DNA of 64,000 nt, taken from contig CAXHJY010000301.1 of the NCBI GenBank assembly GCA_964016885.1, positions 152,487-216,486 on the forward strand, written 5' to 3'. Under the pieces are notes generated by a model that was given only the letters and a program-made list of their open reading frames with translations, was not told the DNA's origin and ran no database searches. How positions within the stretch are numbered: position 1 is the stretch's first letter; every line of letters begins with the position of its first letter. Of this stretch, positions 54,350-64,000 are shown in pieces. The translations under genes were made by a program, and so were the position numbers. The DNA is from Eledone cirrhosa (Eukaryota).

Positions 54350-56547
54350 TGTGTGTCCTTAATGATGATGGTGTACTTGCCATCACTGAAGCTGATAAGA
54401 AGGTAGCTTGGAAGTGTCACTACGAAAGGCTACTAAATAAGGAGAATAAATGGGAGAAAGACAGTCTCCCCCACATCGATCCAATAGAGGGACCAGCAGT
54501 GCGAGTTGAAGGTAGTATAATAAGTAAGGCAATCAAAGATATGAAGACGGGTAAGGCGGCCGGGCCTTCAGAAATAGTTGCTGAAATGCTGAAAGCATCT
54601 GGAATGGTGGGACACACTATGGTCACCCAGATAGTAAACCAAGTCATACAGAATGGGGTCGTCCCGAAGGACTGGATTAGCAGCATCATCATTAACTGCT
54701 ACAAGGGTAAAGGAGATGCCCTAGATAGGGGTAACTATAGAGGCATTAAATTAATCGACCAGGTCATGAAGGTCACAGAAAAAGTAATAGCGCAACTAAT
54801 CAGAGAACGAATTGATCTAGATGAAATGCAGTTCGGGTTTGTGTCAGGTAAAAGTACCACAGACGCTCTTTTCATTGTACGACAACTACAAGAGAAGTAC
54901 CTAGCTAAAAGTAAACCCTTATACTTAGCTTTTGTTGACTTGGAGAAAGCCTTTGACAGAGTCCCCCGCTCCATTATCTGGTGGGCGCTTAGAGAACTAG
55001 GTGTTGATGAATGGCTTGTGAGAGCTATACCAGCCATGTATAAAGAAACAGTCAGCAAGGTTAGAATTAACAACGAATATAGTGAAGAGTTTAGCGTAAA
55101 AGTTGGTGTTCATCAGGGCTCTGTTCTTAGCCCCCTACTATTTATTATTGCCCTTCAGGCTATAACAGAGGAGTTCAAGACCGGCTGCCCATGGGAACTC
55201 CTATATGCAGATGATCTAACGCACATAGCTCAATCAATGGCTGAACTAAAGAAGAAATTCCAAAAATGGAAGCATGGCCTAGAATCAAAAGGCCTTAAAG
55301 TTAACTTGTCTAAGACTAAACTTCTAGTTTGTAGGAAGGAAAATAGGGCACCGGTCCCATCTGGGAAATGGCCATGCTCAGTGTGTAGGAAAGGAGTAGG
55401 TAGAAACTCCATTTTATGTCCCAAATGCAAAGTATGGGTGCATAAAAGATGTAGTGGGATCACAGGTAAGCTAACTAAGAATATAGATTTTATATGTGGC
55501 CGGTGCTCTGGTGCAATAAGTAGGAGCAAGTGCCCACAGAATACTAGCTCATTCCATTGCACAGATGGTTCTATAGAAATAGTGGACACCTTCCGTTACC
55601 GGGTGACAAAATCAGCAGTGGTGGAGGGTGCTCTGAAAGTACAGTAGCTAGAGTCAGAACGGTATGGAAAAAGTTCAGAGAGCTTATACCACTATTGGCC
55701 GCTAAAGGGTTCTCTCTAAAAATGAAAGGCAGGTTGTACGATGCCTGCATACGAACAGCAATGTTACATGGCAGTGAGACCTGGGCATTGTGTGCAAAGG
55801 ATATACGCAGACTGGAGAGAAACGAAGCTTGCATGCTCCGCTGGATGTGTAATAGTAATATACGTGAACGGCAAAGCATAAATGAACTAAGGGAGAAATT
55901 AGGAATAAGAGGGATCAGATGTTGTTTACTCGTGAGAAGACTACGTTGGTACGGTCACGTGATGTGCATGAAAGACGACAGATGTAAAAAAGTGCAGGGC
56001 GATAAAAATAGACGGTAGCCATGGAGTAGTCAGACCCAGAAAACCTTGGACGATTTGATAAATTCCGACCTCACACACTTACGCCTCTCCAAGACAATGT
56101 CACTGGACCGAGATCTTTTGCGCGACACAGTCATACAGAAGACCCGCCTTGCCTAAGTACAAATCGAAACCTACAGTCAGTAGGCACCTCTAACAAAATA
56201 CTCCCCGCCCCACCACCCCCACTCCCATCCACACCATCCCTTAAATGTGAAGTTATGTTGGTACCACAACATCCAGTCCGAAACAAATGAGGTCGTGTAG
56301 GTGTCACAACAAAAAAACACACAGTCCACGCTGTAATGTGGCCGTGTAGGTAACACGGTAAAAACCTCCCAGTCCCACACTGTAAATGTGGTTGGTGTTA
56401 GGAAGGGCATCCAGTCGTAGAAAACCTGGCAGACAGTCCTATACGAGCAGGACAACAAATCTAGCCTCAAGTGGGAAACCTCCCGTCCAAACCCATGCAA
56501 GCGTGGAAGATGGACGTTAAACGATGATGATGATGATGATGATGATG
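54350..56547 (+). mobile_element. RTE family A, 5'-truncated, frameshifted
   Basis: RT+PHD ORF to 55647, continuation 55557-56018, A-type UTR and tail. Confidence 0.92.
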
Positions 56548-56639
56548 TATATGTGTATATATGTATTTATATATATGTATATGTGTATATGTATATATAT
56601 ATATATATGTGTATATGTGTATATATATATATATGTATA

Positions 56640-56696
<57 letters not shown>

Positions 56697-56698
56697 GT

Positions 56699-59600
56699 AT
56701 CATCATCATCATCATCATCATCAGGTTTAGCGTCCGTGTTCCACGCTTGCATGGGTTTGGACGGGGGTTTTCCCACTTGAGGCAAGAGTGGTTGTCTTGC
56801 TCGCATAGGACTGTCTGGCGGGTTTTCTACAGTTGGATGCCCTTCCTAACACCAACCACATTTACAGTGTGGGGCTGGGAGGTTTTTACCGTGTTGCCTA
56901 CACGGCCACATTACAGCGTGAACTGTCTGGCGGGTTTTCTACAGCTGGATGCCCTTCCTAACACCAACCACATTTACAGTGTGGGGCTGGGAGGTTTTTA
57001 CCGTGTTGCCTACACGGCCACATTTACAGCGTGGACTGTGTGTTTTTTTGTCGTGACACCTACACGATCTCATTTGTTTCGGCCTGGATGTTGTGGGACC
57101 AACATAACTGTACATTGAAAGGGGCGGTGTGGATGGGGTGGAGGTGGTGGGACGGGGGGGTGTTTTGATAGAGATGCCTACTGACTGTAGTAGGTTTTTA
57201 CTTTGTATTTAGGTAAGGCGGGTCTTCTCTATTACTGAGTACCGCCAAAGGTCTCGGTCCAGTGACATTGTCTTGGAGAGGTGTAAGCATGTGAGGTCGG
57301 AATTTATCAGCTCGTCCCATGTTTTTCTGGGTCTGCCTACTCCGTGGCTACCGTCTATCTTTATTGCCCTGCACTTTGTTATACAGCTGTCGTCTTTCAT
57401 GCGCATCACGTGACCGTACCAACATAGCCTTCTCTCGAGTAAACAACATCTGATCCCTCTTATTTCTAATTTTTTCCTTAGTTCGTTTATGCTTTGCCGT
57501 TCACGTATATTACTATTGCACATCCAGCGGAGCATGCAAGCTTCGTTCCTCTCTAGTCTGCGTATATCCTCTGCACACAATGCCCAGGTCTCACTGCCAT
57601 GCAGCATTGCTGTTCGTATGCAGGCATCGTATAACCTGCCTTTCATTTTTAGGGAGAACCCTCTAGCGGCTAATAGTGGTATAAGCTCTCTGAACTTTTT
57701 CCATCCAGTTCTGACTCTAGCTACTGTACTTTCAGAGCACCCTCCCCCACTGCTGATTTTGTCACCCAGGTAACGGAAGCTGTCCACTATTTCTATAGAA
57801 CCCTCTGCGCAGTTGAAGGAGCTAGTATTTTGTGGGCACTTGCTGCTACTTATTGCACCAGAGCACCGGCCACATGTAAAATCTATGTTCTTAGTTAGCT
57901 TACCTGTGATCCCACTACATCTTTTATGCACCCATACTTTGCATTTGGGACATAAAATGGAGTTTCTACCTACGCCTTTCCTACACACTGAGCATGGCCA
58001 TTTCCCAGATGGGACTGCCGCCATATTTTCTTTCCTACAAACTAGAACTTTTGTCTTAGCCAGGTTAATTTTAAGGCCTTTTGATTCTAGGCCGTGCTTC
58101 CATGTTTGGAATTTCTTCTCTAGTTCGGTCATTGATTCAGCTATGAGCGTTAGATCATCTGCGTATAGGAGTTCCCATGGGCAGCCGGTCTTGAACTCCT
58201 CTGTTATAGCCTGAAGGGCAATAATAAATAGTAGGGGGCTAAGAACAGAGCCCTGATGGACACCAACTTTTACGCTAAACTCTTCACTATATTCGTTGTT
58301 AATTCTAACCTTACTGACTGTTTCTTTATACATGGCTTGTATAGCTCTCACAAGCCATTCGTCAACACCTAGTTTTCTAAGAGACCACCAGATAATGGAA
58401 CGGGGGACTCTGTCAAAGGCTTTCTCCAAGTCGACGAAAGCTAAGTATAGGGGTTTACTTTTAGCTAGGTACTTCTCCTGTAGTTGTCGTACAATGAAAA
58501 GAGCGTCTGTGGTACTTTTGCCTGACACAAATCCGAACTGCATTTCATCTAGATCAATTCGCTCTCTGATTAGTTGCGCTATTACTTTTTCCGTGACCTT
58601 CATGACCTGGTCGATTAATTTAATGCCTCTATAGTTACTCCTATCTAGGGCATCTCCTTTTCCCTTATAGCAGTTAACGATGATGCTGCTACGCCAGTCC
58701 TTCGGAACAACCCCATTCTGTACGACTTGGTTAACTATCCGGGTGACCATGGTGTGTCCCACCGAACCAGATGCCTTCAGCATCTCAGCAACTATTTCCG
58801 AAGGACCAGCCGCCTTACCCGTCTTCATATCTTTGATTGCCTTGCTTATTGTACTACCCTGGACTAACACTGCTGGTCCCTCTATTGGGTCGATGTGGGG
58901 GAGACTGTCTTTCTCCCATTTGTTCTCCTTATTTAGAAGCCGTTCGTAGTGACACTTCCAAGCTACCTTCTTATCAGCGTCGGTGATGGCAAGTATGCCA
59001 TCATCGTTAAGCACACACTTCTCCCCGACAATATCACGGTTTTCCTTGACACATTGCCTGGCAATCCTGAACACCTCACGTTTTTGGTCCTCACGTTGTA
59101 GAACATGCTTGAACTTTCTTTCCTCTGCTTCCCTTCTTGCGAAGTACACTTGTCTCCTAGCTTCCCTCCTGGCTACCTGATAGTCTTCTCTACTTCCCCC
59201 ATCCCGCCATGCTTTCCAAGCCTGCTTTTTGGCCTTAATTGACTCCTCCACCTTACTGTTCCACCACCATGTTACTCTCCTCCTACCTACAGGCCTGCTC
59301 CAGCCACAGACTTCGTCTGCCGCCGTCAGCAGGTTTGCTCTCAGGAATTCCCACTGTTCCTCTAATTTATACGACTCTAATTGCTCTTCCTTACTGTCGA
59401 AAGCGTCAAGTAATATGCTTTGAAATTTATTTCTGGCTATGGGGTCCTTTAGCTGCCATATTTTTCTCCTGAGGATAGTCCTCTTCCGCTGTCTAGTACG
59501 TCTCGTCCTGACTATGAGGTCGCTAATTATCAGTCTATGTTGGGAGGTGAATTCTTCATGGGGGAGGGATTTAGTGTTAACAACAGACACTCTGTCACGT

Positions 59601-60368
59601 CTTCTGGTAATGATATAATCTACCTGGCTTGTGTGTTCCCCCGATCTATAGGTGATCAAGTGATTGTCTCGTTTTTTGAAGTTAGTGTTACAGATAGTTA
59701 AGTTATTTGCGTCGCAGAATTCCAGGATTCTGGAGCCTTCCTCATTTCTAGTACCGAACCCATAGCCTCCATGGATTCCGTCATAGCCGTCACAATGCTG
59801 TCCAACATGACCATTTAGGTCGCCTGCAATAACTATATAGTCACTGTCGGTTATTTGGGAGGTAGCGAGCATCAGTGTCTCGTAGAATCTGTCTTTTATA
59901 GCACCGGGCAGTCCGGATTGTGGTGCGTACGCAGATATTACTGTCACCGTAGTTTTATTGAGGACAAGTCTTATTTTAATTATTCTGTCGTTCACTCTAT
60001 TTACGTCTATTATCTTATCTGCCCACTTTTCTGCTACCATGATTCCTACCCCACCCAACCCATTGTCATTTCCCACCCAGAAAAGCTTATAGCATCGTTC
60101 TTTACCCACGATGAATCTAGCCGACCCTCCCCTCCACCTGGTCTCTTGAATACAACAAACATCAACCTCCTTACGCTCAAGCATTTCTACAACCTCGTTA
60201 GAGCGACCCTTTAAGGTGCCTACATTCATGGTACCAACTCTGAAGTTTTGGATTGCGTTTGGAGGGTGGGAGCGGTGGGGCGCGGGGGGGGGGGGGTTAT
60301 GTTAGCCATCCTGGGCCGAAACAAGGCGGAGTGCTTGCATTCTCGTCCACGAGGTGAATTTGTCCAAG
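56699..60368 (-). mobile_element. RTE family A, young copy lacking the 5' UTR
   Basis: Intact ORF, complete 3' UTR, microsatellite on both sides. Confidence 0.95.
57209..60229 (-). CDS. RTE LINE protein: AP-type endonuclease + reverse transcriptase + PHD finger (1006 aa)
   Basis: NVGTL, IQETRW, GDLNGH, VDY, SQHR; QFGF, FVDLEKAFD, GVHQGSVLSP, YADD; C4HC3 at 57863-57994; FRYLG; WYGHV. Confidence 0.93.
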   Translation of the reverse strand: MNVGTLKGRSNEVVEMLERKEVDVCCIQETRWRGGSARFIVGKERCYKLFWVGNDNGLGGVGIMVAEKWADKIIDVNRVNDRIIKIRLVLNKTTVTVISAYAPQSGLPGAIKDRFYETLMLATSQITDSDYIVIAGDLNGHVGQHCDGYDGIHGGYGFGTRNEEGSRILEFCDANNLTICNTNFKKRDNHLITYRSGEHTSQVDYIITRRRDRVSVVNTKSLPHEEFTSQHRLIISDLIVRTRRTRQRKRTILRRKIWQLKDPIARNKFQSILLDAFDSKEEQLESYKLEEQWEFLRANLLTAADEVCGWSRPVGRRRVTWWWNSKVEESIKAKKQAWKAWRDGGSREDYQVARREARRQVYFARREAEERKFKHVLQREDQKREVFRIARQCVKENRDIVGEKCVLNDDGILAITDADKKVAWKCHYERLLNKENKWEKDSLPHIDPIEGPAVLVQGSTISKAIKDMKTGKAAGPSEIVAEMLKASGSVGHTMVTRIVNQVVQNGVVPKDWRSSIIVNCYKGKGDALDRSNYRGIKLIDQVMKVTEKVIAQLIRERIDLDEMQFGFVSGKSTTDALFIVRQLQEKYLAKSKPLYLAFVDLEKAFDRVPRSIIWWSLRKLGVDEWLVRAIQAMYKETVSKVRINNEYSEEFSVKVGVHQGSVLSPLLFIIALQAITEEFKTGCPWELLYADDLTLIAESMTELEKKFQTWKHGLESKGLKINLAKTKVLVCRKENMAAVPSGKWPCSVCRKGVGRNSILCPKCKVWVHKRCSGITGKLTKNIDFTCGRCSGAISSSKCPQNTSSFNCAEGSIEIVDSFRYLGDKISSGGGCSESTVARVRTGWKKFRELIPLLAARGFSLKMKGRLYDACIRTAMLHGSETWALCAEDIRRLERNEACMLRWMCNSNIRERQSINELRKKLEIRGIRCCLLERRLCWYGHVMRMKDDSCITKCRAIKIDGSHGVGRPRKTWDELINSDLTCLHLSKTMSLDRDLWRYSVIEKTRLT

Positions 60369-60406
60369 TATATATATATATATATATACTTATATATATA
60401 TATGGA

Positions 60407-62755
60407 AACACTGGGGTACATGGTTACGGCTCAAGAAATGAAGGAGTGAGACTTATTGAATTTTGTGGTGCAAGCACACTAACCATTTACAACACTAACT
60501 TCCAGAAGCCTACCAACCACCTAATAACCTACAAATCAGGTGAGCATATAAGCCAGATTGGCTTCCTGCTAGTTAGACAGCGAGACAGACAGATGGTGTC
60601 AAATACCAAGGCATACCCCGGGGAAGATTTAGATTTAGAGTTGTATGACATAGATGATACCTGGAATTTCTTACGTGACAACTTACTGCAGGCTACTGAA
60701 GAAACTTGTGGTTGGGGCAGAGCTTCAACCAGACAGAGAGTGGAACAGCACAGTAGATAGGGCCATTAGAGACAAAAGACTGGCATGGAAGGCTTGGAAA
60801 ACCGGTGGGAGTAGGGAAGGATACACAGCTGCTAGGAGAGAAGCTAGACATCAGGTGTACTTAGCACGCAGGGAGTAGAAAGTTTGCCAATGTTCTGCAG
60901 CGGGAAGATCAGAGACGTACGGTGTTCTGCATTGCAAGGCAGTGTGTCAGTGCATATCAGGATGTTGTTGGAGATAAGTGTGTCCGGAATGATGCCGGTG
61001 TACTTAGTGTTACGAATGATAAAAAAATGGAGGCCTGGAAATGTCACTATGAGAGACTGATGAATGTGGAGAATGAATGGGACAGAGAGAAATTACCCCC
61101 AGTAGACCCAACAGAGGGGCCAGCTATTGAGATTGACGAATATAGGGTCCAAGAGACAATTAAGGAAATGAAGAATGGTAAGGTTGCTGGACCGTCGGGG
61201 ATAGTTGCTGAGATGCTGAAGGCATCAGGTGAAGTAGGCATTAAACTGGTTGCACGCATCATCAATGAAGTTATATATGGTGGTGTCATACCCAAAGACT
61301 GGTGCAGCAGTATTCTCATTAATCGCTACAAAGGTAAAGGGGATGCTCTAGAGAGGAGCAATTATAGGGGCATAAAGCTGATGGATCAGGTTATAAAAGT
61401 GGCAGAGAGAATATTAGCGCAACTGATTAGAGAAAGGGTCAAATTAGATGAGATGCAGTTTGGTTTTGTGCCTCGGAAAAGTACAACAGATGCCCTCTTC
61501 ATAGTGAGGCAACTACAAGAGAGGTTCTTAGGGTACCCAGATCTGTCATCTGGTGGTCTCTAAGGAAACTAGGTGTAGAGGAATGGCTTGTGAGGGCAGT
61601 GCAAGCTGTGTACAGAGGTGCTGTCAGTAAAGTGAGAGTAGGTATGGAGTTTAGTGAGGAATTCCAGATACAAGTAGGTGTACATCAGGGTTCGGTCCTT
61701 AGCCTGCTCTTGTTCATTATAGTCCTCCAAGCCATAACAGAGGAGTTTATGACTGGATGCCCATGAGAACTTCTCTATGCTGATGATCTGGTTCTTATAG
61801 CAGAATCAGTAGAGGAGCTAGAGAATAAATTCTGGGTATGGAAACACCAGTTGGAATCAAGAGGACTGAGAGTGAACATAGCTAAAACTAAAGTGTTGAT
61901 AAGTAGAAGAGAGGACAATACTCCGATTCCATCAGGGAAATGGCCATGTTCAATATGTAGGAAAAGAACTGGCATAAATTCCATAAGATGTATGCAATGC
62001 AGATCTTGGGTACACAAGAGATGTAGTGGGATAGCAGGCAAACCCTCAGGTAGGGTAAACTACATATGCAGTAGATGTACAGGAAAAGTTGGCAGTGATA
62101 GACACATTTTTCCAATGCAGGTGGGTTCTATAGAAGTGGTTGATAGCTTCTGGTACCTAGGTGATCAGATTAGCATGAGAAGGGGGGGGGGGTTCAAGTC
62201 CATAGTATCTAGAATAAGGACGGGCTGGAAGAAGTTTAAGGAACTGCTTCCTTTGTTGACAAAGAAGGGTTTCTCCCTGCGTATGAAAGGACGGTTATAT
62301 GATGCCTGTGTGAGATGCGCGATGCTGCATGGTATTGAGACATGGACAGCAACTGCAGAGGATATGCGACGGCTGGAGAGAAATGAAGCAAGTATGCTCC
62401 ATTGGATGTGCAATGTCAATGTACGTGAACGACCAAGCATAGACGAGTTGAGAAAGAAACTGGGTATAAGAGGGATAGGCTGCAGTGTGTGGGAGAGAAG
62501 GCTGAGATGGTATGGACATGTGATGTGCATGGAGGATAACCGCTGGGTAAAAATATGTGCCAAGAAATTCCAGTAGAACGAAGACGCTGTAGAGGTAGAC
62601 CAAGTAAAACATGGGCGGAGGTGGTGAGAGCAGACCTCAGATTGCTGAAACTCAAGAAGGAGATGACGAAGGACTGTGACAAGTGGAGAGATGCTGTGCT
62701 GAATAAGACCCGTCCAACCCTTGCAAGCAAGGAAAAGCGGACATAAAATGATGAT
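60407..62755 (+). mobile_element. RTE family C, decayed, with internal deletions
   Basis: ORF pieces homologous to 35955-38610; C-type end [13 protein letters not shown]. Confidence 0.88.
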
Positions 62756-62756
62756 A

Positions 62757-63015
62757 AGAAGGGCATCCAGCTGTAGAAAACCCGCCAGACAGTCCACGCT
62801 GTAATGTGGCCGTGTAGGCAACACGGTAAAAACCTCCCAGCCCCACACTGTAAATGTGGTTGGTGTTAGGAAGGGCATCCAGCTGTAGAAAACCCGCCAG
62901 ATAGTCCTATGCGAGCAAGATAATCACTCTTGCCTCAAGTGGGAAAACCCCCCCGTCCAAACCCATGCAAGCGTGGAACACGGACGTTAAACGTTGATGA
63001 TGATGATGATGATGA
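62757..63015 (+). mobile_element. RTE-A 3' UTR fragment inserted at the RTE-C tail
   Basis: A-type duplicated-unit UTR and (GAT)n. Confidence 0.85.
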
Positions 63016-63152
63016 TATATATATGTATGTAATATATACATACATATATATATATATATGTATGCAATCTATATGTATATGTATGTATGTAATATATATA
63101 TATGTATGTATATGTATGTAATATATATATATGTATATGTATGTATGTAATA

Positions 63153-63455
63153 TCTATAATATTATAAAGCTGAGTGTCGTGTGTATTATGTATGTATGTA
63201 TCCTACACACCTCCCTATAATTTCTTAGCTTTACTCTCTCCATTGCTCTTCCCTCTCTCTATAATAGATCATTCCCCCTCTCTATAATTTAACTGCTTTA
63301 CTCTCTCTCTGTCGCTCTTCACTCTCTAATATTATAAAGCTGAGCGTCGTCTCTCTCTCTCCCGCTTTCACTCTTTCTATAATTTAACTGCTTTACTCTC
63401 TGTCTCTCTTCACTCTCTATATTCCGTATCTACCTTCAATATATCAATATATACC
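63153..63455 (+). repeat. Possible non-autonomous Helitron 5' end with internal CT-rich subrepeats
   Basis: A|TCTATAATATTATAAAGCTGAG followed by (TGTA)n; partial repeat near 63325; no 3' hairpin/CTRR found. Confidence 0.35.
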
Positions 63456-63461
63456 CAGGTT

Positions 63462-63750
63462 CTGCTGCACGTCGGGCTGAGGGAGCCAAACTCCTCAAAT
63501 ACCGGTCGCTCTGCAACAGGTTTGCGGTTGTACCCCTGGCAGTGGAGACTTCTGGTGTCCTCGGCCCCAGGGCTACCTCCTTACTCACCACCATTAGGCG
63601 CTGAGCTGGCTAGCCACAAGTGTGAGCCCCGCGAGTTGGAGTGGCTTTTCTAGTGCGTCTCCCTTGCCGTCCTCCGGGGAAACGCCTTCTCCATTCTGTC
63701 TGCCAGGGCTGTGGGTGGGCCCCATCGCGTACCATTGTAGTTGTTGTATA
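63462..63750 (+). pseudogene. CRE-clade non-LTR retrotransposon C-terminal (restriction-like endonuclease) remnant
   Basis: AARRAEGAKLLKYRSL..FAVVPLAVETSGVLG...VSLAVLRGNAFSIL, with stops and a frameshift. Confidence 0.7.
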
Positions 63751-64000
63751 CAGATATTAACTCATCAATCCCATTATTTATATAGTATATCAACATAGAG
63801 ATGAGCATCGTATGTATGTTTATTTCAAAAGGATAACCTCCTTCAAATTCGGTCAACACACAGGCAGGTAATACATACATCAAAAGGTAACCCTCTTAGA
63901 GAGACAGAGAATGAAAGAGACAGATTAGGAAAACTACACACACACACATCTAAAGAGAGAGAGAGAGACGGAAAGAGAAACAGAGGGACGGGCAAGCAGG

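Overview
Eukaryotic, AT-rich window made almost entirely of transposable elements; no host gene could be supported. Repeat content and style point to a mollusc, most likely an octopus (inference). Contents: (i) many RTE-clade LINE copies in four families, called A-D here, including one family-A copy with an uninterrupted 1006-aa endonuclease+RT ORF (57209-60229); families A-C have a C4HC3 PHD finger inside the RT C-terminal region; (ii) several Penelope-like elements (PLEs; YRDD RT, GIY-YIG, Naiad-like), three forming kb-scale inverted structures, with hammerhead-ribozyme-like motifs near several PLE ends; (iii) tRNA-headed SINEs sharing 3' parts with the RTEs; (iv) CR1-like and CRE-like remnants; (v) abundant (TA)n/(ATATGC) microsatellites bordering most elements. 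Most notable: a covarying pseudoknot-like RNA module found upstream of the ORF in RTE-C, in the 3' UTRs of RTE-A/B and in the SINE body; SINEs carrying either a B-type or a C-type tail; fold-back duplications hinged on TA tracts; and a 293-bp palindrome with a U3-A8 hammerhead on each strand. All alignments and folds were made by eye; boundaries are approximate.
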